Shown piece after piece: positions 50,931-62,804 of a DNA stretch of 64,000 bases. The position numbers and the translations under genes were made by a program. This stretch comes from Guillardia theta CCMP2712 (taxonomy: Eukaryota; Protista; Cryptophyta). The notes beneath the pieces were generated by a model, which saw nothing but the letters and a program-made list of their open reading frames with translations, was not told where the DNA came from and ran no database searches. The stretch covers positions 366,791-430,790 of the forward strand of contig NW_005434604.1 in assembly GCF_000315625.1 (NCBI RefSeq), written 5' to 3'. Position 1 is the first letter of the stretch. Every line of letters starts with the position of its first letter.

Positions 50931-53900
50931 GTGACGACCTTTGATTGCCGCAGGTTGACGAGGAAGAGGAAAAAGCGCACGAGCGGGTCGTAGGAGCCAG
51001 CAGCACGACCAAAGCCATAGGGCTGAACGCCACCCTCGCGGGACTGAGGCTGAGTCGAGCGATCCATCTCTGCAGGGAGGAGCTGATGAGAGAGGCGCTG
51101 GAGCATGTGACACGATGAGGAACCAAGAAGCGACGCGAGGGACAAGGAGCTTGTCGGACGGATTGTCTGAGCGTAGAAGTCGCATCTATTTGGGCGCGGG
51201 GTGACGAGGCCTTGCTGGAGCTTGTATTCATGCATATGGGATATATGCTACCATAGGGCAAGCGTTTTGTAGATCCATCGGCTTCGGTATACTACAGTTG
51301 CGACGACCAGACGACGGGTGTAAGGATGACTTTGACACGTGACATGGACGCCTGCATGCGTTGCTTGCGATGATTGCGGGGACGGGAAGCGCTTTGTACT
51401 AGCGAGAAGTGCAAGGCGACGGGCTGGCTGAAGGGAGAGGAGCAAACGGCGGCAGAGGGGCAGGTAGACCAAAGACAGCTTCTTGTCGAGAGATGACTCA
51501 TGGAACCAAGCGCCGCCAATGCTGCCAGGAGACATCATCATTCAAACACATAAACACATATACCTTGCCTTCTATTACACATTATACCTTCCATGGAGTG
51601 GCCTATTCAAGGGCTCGTTCCTCGATTTCAAGGCAGGCAAGGGAGATCGGTCGAGCGCATTTGGGTCCCCCAATGAACACACATCGTCAGCTGTGCCATG
51701 CTCATAGGGCATGCTTGGCAACCATCAGTATGACAGATGAAGAGAACACGCGGTTGCGTAGCTATCTGCCGCCCACGCGAGTACGGCCCGGCAAGTATCA
51801 AATCACTCCAGGCGCAGGCAAGAAGGCGAGACTGGCCTGACTAGGCAGAAGCATCCGTGTGATATCGCTGATCCGCTCAGGGCACAGTCTGGGCGCTTGC
51901 GATATGCGTCCAGATGATCGAGGTCGATCCGACAGGAGTTGCAGCAGGAAACGCTTGGCGTACGTCAGTCTGGGATGCTTGTTTTTGCGTGGTGACATGA
52001 CGTTTGCCGTGACAGACGCTGCATATGGTCAGGTGAGCGTATAGAGTAATACTCCTGCAGGCTTCAGGCGCCTCACGCTCCTTCGAACTACTCGCCTACA
52101 CCCTGCACAAGCGCTGGCAGCTTCTGTTTGCGTTTGACGCTGTACGGAGCCTTGCCGGTCGTGAGTGCTTCATGTATCCACGAGCAGCACGGAGGCTGAT
52201 GGCGATGAGAGGAGGCTTGGAGGAGGGAAGCGCGGATACACCTCTGGTCCTGCACATCATCTTTGCATCCTCCTATGCCAGCAGCGCGTGCACTCTCCTC
52301 CGTGTCGCATGCTACTGGTCCTTGCTAGTCGCCATGAAGGCCGGGAAGGAAGATGGGGGCGCATCTTGGTGGGGGCAGGGGGGGTGGGGGTGGAAGTTTA
52401 AAAGCCGATTGTTTTTTAAAACCGAGCGAAATCGGGGAGCCTGAGAACAGACATGAAGGCGAGGGCACTCAGAGGGAAGAGGAAGGGAGGGAGGCTTGGA
52501 GGAGAGAGGGAGAGGCTCGGGACGAGTCTGAGACCAAGCGCGGTCTGTGAGATGATGATGGGCGTACTCAAAACAGCAGAGATGTCACGGGAAGGCACAC
52601 TGATGCCTGTCACAGGAAGGATAGGGTCTACGGTACAGGAAGGATAGGCTTATGCTGATATAGGACATGAAAGCAAACCATACAGCTGCTGAGGCCAAAC
52701 ATACAGCTGCGGAGGCAAAACATACAGCAGCAGTTATGTACAGAGGCAGCCATGTTGATCGAACGATGGAGATACATCCAGGAAGAAGAGTGAGTACCAG
52801 GGCATATCAAGAGCAGGAGCTTAGCGGAGACACACTTGAGGAGCAAGGGAGTCAGTGGGGAAGCTGCGGATGAGGAGAGGTAGCCGGATGGATAGGCACT
52901 TGAGGAGTAAGGGAGTCAGTGGGGAAGCTGCGGATGAGGAGAGGTAGCCGGATGGATAGAGAGGGGAGGGAGGGAGGGAGGGAGGGAGGGAGGGTGATAG
53001 AGAGGGAAAGGGAGGCTGAGAACTTGTCCCAGGCTCACTGCTGGATGAGCTTGGCAACCAGTGATCTTGACGATGCACCTTGCCGTACGCAGAGCTCCTG
53101 GCTTCCAGCTTGATGGCGGGATGCACAGGAAGGCGTCGGAGTCGAGGAGATCAGGGCATGGCATGAACAAGCAGGGCATGGTCGCAGAGAGGCAGCGGAT
53201 GAGATCCGACGGGGTGAGCTGCGAGACATTTGCTCCAAACCATGGACTGACAGAAGAAGGGGGGCGAGTAGAAAGCATCCTATTTGATACGGAGCGATCA
53301 AGAGAAAATAGGCTGGGCCGAGCAAGTGCGTCGTTAGATCAGTGTCGATGATCAGAGCAAACCCAGCAGGCCGCATCTTTGGCTACGGCCCATGCTAGAA
53401 AAGGCGACTTTACGCAGGCTGCGAGGCCCAGGCCCGCGGTCCTGCGATCCTACGATCCCGCACCTGTCCACGACCAAAGTCCAGACGGATCAGGGAATGC
53501 CGACCGGGATGGATCAACAGGCGCCGCAGGGAGGCGCTTTCTCCTGGCTGGTAGCACCAGTAAGATCATCATCAGCCTATTGATTCCTCTTCTTTGTCGA
53601 TGCCGGTAAGGCTTGGCCGGACCTGGAGTCACGGACGGAGAGGCTGGAGATGAGAAGCAAAGCGGATAAGGCAGAAAGCAAGAGAAGGCGAGGAGGAAGG
53701 GACGGACGGACGGACGCGGAGAGCGACGAGCAGGGGAGACTCTGGCCGGAATCTTTCTTGGGCAAGGGGGGCATGGAAAGGGTAGGGTGGTATTCGGCTG
53801 TGGACTGCTGGAAAGGCAGGGGTGGGGTCCCGCACAAATGCGCACACATTTGGACCAAGCATGGCAGGGGACGCCACACGAGAGGTGGACAGAAAAGCCC

Positions 53901-55755
53901 GGGATGCTGCCAGGTTGCTGAGCATGCGAAGGAGACAGCGAGACAGGAGACTAGAGACTAGGGCGCGAGGCCGAGAGACAGGGCCTATCGAGACCATGAT
54001 CTGCAGAAGGGATCAGCTGCGGTGGGTGCGACTAGGGTGAGGGTAGGTAAGGATGCGTGCCGTGACGAGGGTAAGCCTGAGACAGCCTGGAGCAGGCAGA
54101 CGGTGTGTTGGAAGGCGGACGACAGCGCTCGAGACCAGCGACCAGCTCACTGCGAGGCTGCAGCGCGAGGGTTTGACTTGAGCAACAATGACTTCGAGGC
54201 TTTGTAAAGGGGTGGGTGCGGGTCGTTTCAGCGCAGCGGATCCAACGCCGCTTAGAGCAGGAGGCGCCTCGCTGTTTGCTGCAGCTTGCTGCTCAGCATC
54301 GCATTCGCGGGTTGCTGCCATACCGTACTGCTCTCTGGTTGCTGAGGGCCTGTGTGATTGTGGGACTGCCAGCACATGGATGCCCATATATAAACCCTCG
54401 AACACAGAACACTACAAGGACGGCAAGAGATGAGCAGGCTGACTCGCCGAGTGACCGCCTTGACTATTGAGGTCTCACGATACCCGAGCATACGAAGAGA
54501 GAGGTAGCTTGCACACAGCCGGCATAGATGGGTATAGGGCCATACCGGGTTGCAAGACTGTAAGAGGAGGATAGAGAGCGGGCGGGGCGGCAAACGAGGA
54601 GAAACGAGAGGATGTCTCACAGCAGGGAAGATGGATCAAGGATGAAAGACGATGACAGTGGAGAGGGACAGCAAACGGCAGTGAGAATCAAAGTGGGGTA
54701 GGGCGGAGTATACCAGCCAGACGATGGCAACCTACAGGACAAGAAGCAAGAGTGGAAATAAGGGATGGAGTGATACAAGGAGGGAGGGCGTCAAAAGGAG
54801 AGAGAAACCTCTCCACCTGAACCCTTCGTCCTACAGTTAGCAACAACGAGCTGGCCATGGCAGAGCGGAGACGTGTAAGAGTCGCTTGGTCGGTCTGGAC
54901 TTGTATGGCCTGTACTGTCCAGTCTATCCATCCTCAAGGCAAGCTGTCAGCTACGTGTGGACGAGCATAACTCGCCGTACAGCATGTCGAAAGGATGCTC
55001 AGACCGGATGTGCATATACGATGCAGGGTATGCACTTTGCCACCATCGTCACGATACACTTCTTGCATATCTCAAGTCATCGCAGACGCCTTTCAGCTCT
55101 GATTCCAGTGGCCGTGCCCTCCACGGGTGGGTTCGTAGGGTGGAACACTTGATTCTGGTACTCGAGAGCATGTTCAGATGATACATATCGACCACCAGAG
55201 TCCCAAAGGTCGGCACATGCTCGCTCATTGCTGCTAAAGAGCAGACACGTCATCGTTTCAATGCCAACACAAACAGAACGGTCGTCAACACAGAACCTCT
55301 GATCTGCAGATGGCAGTCTGATATCGTTTGCTGATCAAGCCCTCGCTCAAAGCCCTGTAGCCATCAGAGCGCAGATGACAGATCGACTGGCCGTGCACGA
55401 GATCTCAGCTCATCGATGCATGCAGCTTGATGCCCAACTCCGGCAGCTTCCAAGCCAGCAGCTTCTCCTGCCCCCGGCATGTCTCCGTGTCGCCCTCCTG
55501 GTTCTCCTCCGTACAAATTACTATACATCGTGATGTCTATCGTAAAATATGCCCCCTGNNNNNNNNNNNNNNNNNNNNNNNNNNNNNNNNNNNNNNNNNN
55601 NNNNNNNNNNNNNNNNNNNNNNNNNNNNNNNNNNNNNNNNNNNNNNNNNNNNNNNNNNAGGCGCCAGATCACAGTAGTGCTGTGTCAAGATACCTGAAAC
55701 GACAATGTGGCCATGAGCTCAAAGCAGAGTCTATCAATTAGCTCTGCGCGTTCTC

Positions 55756-56213
55756 ATGCAGAGCTCTCCTGACCACGACTGCTTCCGTACTCGAGGAGTG
55801 CTCTCCCGCGACACCTTGGACCAAGCATGGCAGGGGACGCCACACGAGAGGTGGACAGGAAAGCCCGGGATGCTGCCAGGTTGCTGAGCATGCGAAGGAA
55901 ACAACGAGAAAGGAGACTAGAGACTAGGGCGCGAGGCCCAGAGACAGGGCCTATCGAGGCCATGATCTGCGGAGGACTGCGCGAGGAGGCGGAAGCCATG
56001 CGGGAAGGCGGGGAGGCCTCGAGGGTCCAAGGACTCGAAGCCTCGCAAGTCAAGGCGAAAGCAGGTAGAGCCCGACCAGGTGGAGGGACAAGTCAAAGCT
56101 CAGGAGAGCGAGAAGAGCGAGAGCAGTGACGACGACAAGCTCTCGGTAGACATTGAGGAGGTGAGAGAGTGGTGCCACCAGCAGGTGCCTAGAGACCAGG
56201 GCACTACAGCATA
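55756..56213 (+). pseudogene. Gene B copy with HTH-coding part replaced by spacer-derived sequence
   Basis: After CGCGACACC (~55815) the sequence switches to TTGGACCAAGCATGG... spacer block and rejoins gene B at ~55972. Confidence 0.75.
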
Positions 56214-57555
56214 GGTGACGACCTTTGATTGCCGCAGGTTGACGAGGAAGAGGAAAAAGCGCACGAGCGGGTCGTAGGAGCCAGCAGCACGACCAAAGCC
56301 ATAGGGCTGAACGCCACCCTCGCGGGACTGAGGCTGAGTCGAGCGATCCATCTCTGCAGGGAGGAGCTGATGAGAGAGGCGCTGGAGCATGTGACACGAT
56401 GAGGAACCAAGAAGCGACGCGAGGGACAAGGAGCTTGTCGGACGGATTGTCTGAGCGTAGAAGTCGCATCTATTTGGGCGCGGGGTGACGAGGCCTTGCT
56501 GGAGCTTGTATTCATGCATATGGGATATATGCTACCATAGGGCAAGCGTTGTGTAGATCCATCGGCTTCGGTATACTACAGTTGCGACGACCAGACGACG
56601 GGTGTAAGGATGACTTTGACACGTGACATGGACGCCTGCATGCGTTGCTTGCGATGATTGCGGGGACGGGAAGCGCTTTGTACTAGCGAGAAGTGCAAGG
56701 CGACGGGCTGGCTGAAGGGAGAGGAGCAAACGGCGGCAGAGGGGCAGGTAGACCAAAGACAGCTTCTTGTCGAGAGATGACTCATGGAACCAAGCGCCGC
56801 CAATGCTGCCAGGAGACATCATCATTCAAACACATATACACATATACCTTGCCTTCTATTACACATTATACCTTCCATGGAGTGGCCTATTCAAGGGCTC
56901 GTTCCTCGATTTCAAGGCAGGCAAGGGAGATCGGTCGAGCGCATTTGGGTCCCCCAATGAACACACATCGTCAGCTGTGCCATGCTCATAGGGCATGCTT
57001 GGCAACCATCAGTATGACAGATGAAGAGAACACGCGGTTGCGTAGCTATCTGCCGCCCACGCGAGTACGGCCCGGCAAGTATCAAATCACTCCAGGCGCA
57101 GGCAAGAAGGCGAGACTGGCCTGACTAGGCAGAAGCATCCGTGTGATATCGCTGATCCGCTCAGGGCACAGTCAGGGCGCTTGCGTTATGCGTCCAGATG
57201 ATCGAGGTCGATCCGACAGGAGTTGCAGCAGGAAACGCTTGGCGTAAGTCGGTCTGGGATGCTTGTTTTTGCGTGGTGACATGGCAGACGTTTGCCGTGA
57301 CAGACGCTGCATATGGTCAGGTGAGCGTATAGAGTAATACTCCTGCAGGCTTCAGGCGCCTCACGCTCCTTCGACCTACTCGCTTACACCCTGCACAAGC
57401 GCTGGCAGCTTCTGTTTGCGTTTGACGCTGTACGGAGCCTTGCCGGTCGTGAGTGCTTCATGTATCCACGAGCAGCACGGAGGCTGATGGCGATGAGAGG
57501 AGGCTTGGAGGTCGAGGGGAAGGGGCCGTCCCTCTCCGTCTCCCGCATCCTCATC

Positions 57556-57825
57556 TGAAGATAACGTGTTGCCAGTTCCAAATGAGACAAGATCATGACC
57601 ACCTGCATACGTTCTCGGGCGTCAAGAGATTTAGAATACACCCCATTTTCCATCGGAAGTTTCTTTCCTTTTTCACGACACCCATAATCAGGTTTCGCAT
57701 TGTTTTTTCAAGGTTTTAATCGTTATGCTTACATGAATTAGAGCAGGACCAGAATCCAAGAGACGTTTCAAACATGTCAAACTGTCGTGTTGATGAGGAT
57801 GGGCAGACAGCAGATACTCGCCCAT
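57556..57825 (-). other. Possible 5' gene fragment running into the array
   Basis: Exon-like ...MENGVYSKSLDARERMQ followed by GTGGTC...TTCAG intron ending at the array edge. Confidence 0.25.
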
Positions 57826-58429
57826 GGTAAATCCAGCCCCCATAACCCTACCCTTGGAAAAGTCGACCCCCGACCACCCTACCCCTCAGGTTTTTTTTTA
57901 GGTCCCATCAAACCACCCCTCATGTGCGTGTAGTGTATGTTCCCTTGCTTAGCGTGCATGCGTAGCTTCGAGTGGTTGGTGTAGCGGTTTGAGCAGCCTC
58001 TTGTTCTGTTCCTATCTCATTAGATCAGGTAAAATAACAATCTATCACATTATTTGCTGGGCATCGAAAGTGTTGCTCGAAACAGCAACCTGCGACCATC
58101 ACAACATGACCTGCTGAGGGATGTGGCAACGTACGTCTGCGCCAAGAGAAATCCAAATCTACCGTCTAGCAAACCAATGAGATCATCAAAAATTCTACAA
58201 CCTTTTTGACCTCACTCTAGAAGGAGGTAAATTCTGACATGAGCTCCGTGAGATCTCAGCAGCATTGAACAATTCATTCATTCGTCACAAGATATGGATG
58301 TTTGAATCGATGATTCTACCCACACGATAGTTATAACGTTTCGATGCAATGAAAGAAAAGAAATCGGCAGAGCCGTATACCATGATGAGTATTGCATGAA
58401 CAGTTAGATAGTCAATCCCCCAAATGTAC

Positions 58430-58615
58430 TTTGCTACCATGTGATCCGTAAGGTGACAGCTGTTGTAGGGATGAGTCGTCGTGAAGTCCAGCACCAGCCT
58501 TGGAAGATGACACGCAGGTGCGTAGCTATCTGCAGCCCACGCGTCAAGGCGCTTGCGATATGCGCCGAGAAGATCGAGGGCAACCCGACAGGAGCGGCAG
58601 CAGGAAACCAAGATG
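58430..58615 (-). mobile_element. Possible remnant of the C-terminus of an RLE-type non-LTR retrotransposon; homologous to a block in each array unit
   Basis: CRSCRVALDLLG-AYRKRLD...LVLDFTTTHPY...MVAKY; the array version reads CNSCRIDLDHLDAYRKRPD. Confidence 0.35.
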
Positions 58616-58859
58616 CTCTTTTGGCAATGGATCTGCTTCGAGTTCTACCACAAATCCACAACCTTGTTGCTCATTAGAATTTGATACTTTGTTGATACTT
58701 TTTAGAATCTGTCATATTTATTTCAATTTGAGTCTGATCCAAAGTTTTGGTCCTTTTCTGGAAGTGACTGCTTTGAAGATTTTCAGACATGTTATGTTCT
58801 CATACAACTGTCTTATCCTTTAGAATGATCTGAGGATACAGAATAAGTTTTTCACAATT

Positions 58860-60603
58860 CTAGTTGCCGTCATACCACAACCGGTGTAACAGCCAGAGCC
58901 TTGCAGACATCCTTTGACCTGTCAAAATTCTTATTCGTTTGCTTAAAATTGGCTCACTGTCAAGAATCAAATCATACATATTCCATGTAGAAGGATGAAA
59001 CGGCCATCGTCCATCAGTCGGTTCTTTGAGAGGTTGTAACCTGACTGGTAGAGCAGGAGCAACATCAATCCGATTTGATCCAGAAACATCACTTCTTGGT
59101 TGGAAAATTGCCTGGACATGACATTTTACAAGAATGTTACAGTCCTCAGATGACATTCCTTTGTTTGCTTCGACTTCAAGGCAATGTGCTTGTTTAACTT
59201 GGCTCTGTATCGCAGCCATGCCCGATTATTGCGTTCTCTAGATCAATATCAATCCGCAAGGATATAAGAATAGACATCCCACTCGATTTGTAGAATACTT
59301 GGATCTGGGATTGAGAGAGCGCGTTTTTTTATGTTGATTGCAGTGTCTTGGTCGATGATCTATATACTATGAAGGAAACCAATCATTTAAATGCAAACAT
59401 TCACCGGGTCATTGTTATATATATTTGTTGATGCATCAACAAAAGCGATATCCATGTTGCACATAGCTGTAGCTGTGCAACCCGTTGGCTTTCGATCAAG
59501 AACTGACTCTGGGTCTATGCAAGCTCCACGATATCTAAGCACCGACGTCAAAGGAGAATACAAACACCGTGTCAAATACAAAATGCCAATTTCAACTTCA
59601 TATTCGATACTAAGCTCGTCATCATTGAGATGTCGATGAGGCCGAAACGGAGTGGGAAGTTTACGTGCTTGCTTTTCAGCCTTTTGTGTTGTTATTCGAC
59701 ACAGCAAGTGCAACACAGTTTTGCACCTGATCATCGATAATTCGCTTAGTAATCTTGCAATGACCCGTCATAATGTATATCAGGTTTGAATTGGAAACTC
59801 CTTCATCTATGATTCTCTAGAATGCACAAGTAACGTCAGAACATTCTTTTTCAGCATCAACGGATTACCTCGCCCATCTTATATCGCTTCAATTGCATGT
59901 TTCCGACTAAGATATTTTTGGTTCGCTCATTCCAGTTGTCAAAATCTCGTATTTCATTGACAAACGTTTCTAATCTTGATCGTTCCCTCAGGTGTATAGG
60001 TTTCAAATATCGATCATATTCTGATTTGTTTACTCTAAGAAGCTTGGAGGTGACATCTGCATACACAGATGCTGTCCGAATTGAGTTATTTTGGAGCAAG
60101 GCAACGTCTCCAAAGCCTTCTTGTGACAAAATATCTTTGATGTAGCCGCGGTCGTTTCGAAACACTTTCAGAGTGCCATCGAGAACTAGATACCAAGCAT
60201 CTCCAACATCACCTTCCCTCACAACACACTCTCCGGGCTGAGCAATTTGAAGCATTGCAAATCGTGCGATATCTGCTTGTCCTTCGATAGAAACATGGAC
60301 TTTGGAAACTGCGTCGATTTTCTTAATTTCTCTCCGAACAATATCTATTTCATCCGCTCTACGCTGCCAAGGAGATTTCTTCAATATTTCTTCTATCTTT
60401 CCAATATTTACCAGTATACTCTCTACATTTTTGGGCCTACGGAGAATGAGCTCTTCTGATTCTCCTTCTTTTCCTTCATGCTTTGATTTGTACATGGACA
60501 TGACTCTTTGGAGCTCTTTCCTCCCAACCCCAAACTCTGGGAGTACCTCAATCTCCACTGGTGCATTGCGCACCCATATCTGTGTTCTCTGCTTCGTCTT
60601 CAT
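58860..60603 (-). CDS. Cyclic nucleotide-binding domain protein; multi-exon
   Basis: GECVVREGDVGDAWYLVLDGTLKV...GFGDVALLQNNSIRTASVYA cNMP signature. A second cNMP-like domain starts LKRYKMGEVI. Confidence 0.88.
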
Positions 60604-60951
60604 TCAGTCGTTGCGAAACAACTCGCCATCTTGCACGGCATCAAACAAATGTCGGCGCGCCCTCCAATCAGCTATCGCGAAGGTCCAACCAACCGCAGAT
60701 CGGTCGTTGCGCCATGCACGCCGGCCCGGCGCAGACCGACTCTCGTCGAACGCCGGGCCCGCCGCCGTAGTGACGTTAAACTGTCTGTAATAATATCTGC
60801 AATCAGTGTGTTACAAGTTCAACGAATTTCAATTCCATAACTTTAACCGGCGCAATGCCGGGGCAACCGCCGGCGCCGGCAAAGTGTTTTGAATAATTCT
60901 ACCTAATCTCTTAATTATGGTCAGTGTGAGGGGTCATGTATAGATAATTCA

Positions 60952-60968
60952 AGGGTTTAGGGTTTAGG
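60952..60968 (+). repeat. Short telomeric tract (AGGGTTT)2AGG
   Basis: Direct reading. Confidence 0.75.
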
Positions 60969-61352
60969 AGGAGGCCGGGCCGGGCTCTCGGGCCCGGTCC
61001 GGACAGAGGCCCGGGGGAAGGGACGTGAGTCCCAGAGACCCATCCACTTGAACCCACCTGCCACCTCATCCATCATCCACTCACTGGCCGAAGGCCGGCC
61101 GAGACCGCCAAGGTGTGTCGGAGCCGAGGAAGCAACACAAGTAAAGCGCGGACGACCCAGGCCAAGGCCGGCGGAGGAAACTCCACTGGCGGAGGCCTGG
61201 GAAGACCACGAAGTATATCAGAGGAGGGAGAAGAGCAGAACTTACTGAGCACGGTCACGAGATCCCTGTTATGTTAGACTAGAATAGAGCAAGATGATAA
61301 CAAGCCATGCAACCTTCCTAGCATTCTGATAAACTCAACTACTACTACTACT
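60969..61352 (+). mobile_element. 5'-truncated, divergent relative of the telomeric element (3' end with (ACT)5 tail)
   Basis: Terminal 46 nt are colinear with 63331-63376; flanked by telomeric repeats on both sides. Confidence 0.7.
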
Positions 61353-61387
61353 AGGGTTTAAGGTTTATGGTTTAGGGTTTATGGTTT
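61353..61387 (+). repeat. Five telomeric heptamers, three degenerate
   Basis: AGGGTTT AAGGTTT ATGGTTT AGGGTTT ATGGTTT. Confidence 0.9.
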
Positions 61388-61580
61388 AGAGGCGCCGTTA
61401 TTTTCGGCAGCATGGCTCCTCGCCAGGTGTAGGGGAAGCCGCCAGGGCGCCAAGGAAGCTGCAAGCGAGAGGTTTGTATACTTCAAACAGCTTTCTAAAT
61501 ATGGTTCTTCAGTATGATGAAAGTGTTCGCAACATGCTGTATCCGAGAGATCATGCCAATACCGGCGGCAGGGCGAGCTT

Positions 61581-62804
61581 GTGGATGCCGCGGTCCTCGA
61601 AGCTGATCTTGTCGAGAGGGTGAAAACATGTCAGCAGGCACGACGGGAGCTTCTACAAGAAGCGATGACTGGATGGAGTGACGCATCCAGAGAGGTCAAC
61701 CATGAAGAGAAGCTGAAGAAGAAATTTGAAGAGATCGGACTGATCGTAGACTCAGTGCAAGAGAGTAAAGCGATCATGTGGAAGGCTCCGTATAGATCCG
61801 AGATAGCGAGTGCTGATGAGATCCCGGTGACTGTTTCCTTCCTCCGCAATGCACAAGCGGAGAAGCTCTGGCAGGGAAGAGAGGACTTCGCGATCGATGG
61901 TCGCAAGTTCACAGCTGTACATGCGAGCATCGTGCACGATCGATCTTTCAAGATTCGAGCCAAGAGAGGACCCTGGGGCAAAGGGGGCAGCTTGGCAGAG
62001 CTGACTCACCTGCTAACCTTGGGCGGCATGACAACAGCCGAAATTGCTGACGTCTACCGCTATCAGCTGCTGCGCCAGTCCCTTGCAGCGGTCCAACTCC
62101 AGCCGCTGGCAGGCATGCTGGTCGCTGGGGCGCCAGGCCAGCAAGTCCACAAAGGCTTAGGTCAGAAAGGCTTCGTCGCTGTAGGGGCCCAAGTCATCTG
62201 GAGACAGAGGGAGGTGGAGTGGATCGTGTCCTCGAGCTGCCCAGAGGCGAATGATACAGCATTTCGAGCTTTCCGAGAGAGCGAAGCGATGGAGGGAGTA
62301 CACCTGACTCTGTTCAGCGAGGACCCGAAGATCAGAGAGGCGCTCGCAGTCGAGTTGACAGCCGATCGCTTTGTCTCTAGGAATAAGTTGAAGAAGGCAT
62401 CAATCAAGACTGCAGAAGAAGGCAGGCGGCAAGGACGACAAGGCGATCAAGATCCGATCATCAGGTCGACGGCGGCATCTGGTCGCTTCACGAGGAAGGA
62501 GATGGAGGGGCTGTGCAACGGCGGCAACACGTCCATCGCAAGAGTCAAGAGAGTCTTGTTGGAGATCGCTAACAGGCTCGAGATCAAAGTGGAAGGCATC
62601 GACATGGAGGAGGATTTGAACACCAAGTCCTGGAACGGGTCCAAGCTATGCATCCTCCTCGGCTCCACGGAGGATGCTCGACGCATGATGAAGGAGCTGC
62701 CCTTCTCTCTAGAAGGCGCAGCAACCAAGCTCGAAGCAGTCGGCTTCGACATGCTGTGGACCTCAAGGAGACGAGGAGACACGACTAACAGAGAACAAGC
62801 ATGA
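61581..62804 (+). CDS. 407-aa ORF1-like protein with RRM-like segments (true start probably upstream)
   Basis: Long uninterrupted ORF. EEKLKKKFEEIGLIVDSV...VTVSFLRNAQAEKLW...FAIDGRKFTAV and LCILLGSTEDARRMMKEL resemble RRM elements; no RT motifs seen. Confidence 0.7.
   Translation: MDAAVLEADLVERVKTCQQARRELLQEAMTGWSDASREVNHEEKLKKKFEEIGLIVDSVQESKAIMWKAPYRSEIASADEIPVTVSFLRNAQAEKLWQGREDFAIDGRKFTAVHASIVHDRSFKIRAKRGPWGKGGSLAELTHLLTLGGMTTAEIADVYRYQLLRQSLAAVQLQPLAGMLVAGAPGQQVHKGLGQKGFVAVGAQVIWRQREVEWIVSSSCPEANDTAFRAFRESEAMEGVHLTLFSEDPKIREALAVELTADRFVSRNKLKKASIKTAEEGRRQGRQGDQDPIIRSTAASGRFTRKEMEGLCNGGNTSIARVKRVLLEIANRLEIKVEGIDMEEDLNTKSWNGSKLCILLGSTEDARRMMKELPFSLEGAATKLEAVGFDMLWTSRRRGDTTNREQA

Larger units (their letters stand above)
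29084..57555. repeat. Tandem array of ~5 copies of a ~6.5-6.8 kb unit (starts 29084, 33779, 40572, 47101, ~53650 with deleted start); contains two 100-N gaps
   Basis: Near-identical sequence and repeated identical ORF sets at 6793- and 6529-bp offsets. Confidence 0.97.

Noticed and set aside
55500-55558. Cluster of single-base deletions in unit 5 relative to units 2 and 3
   Set aside because: Adjacent to an assembly gap and a poly-C run; likely low-quality read end.
29084-57555. Array as tandem autonomous transposon (TIR/LTR) or rDNA
   Set aside because: No transposase, RT, integrase or rRNA sequence recognised; the inverted repeats are internal coding arms, not termini.
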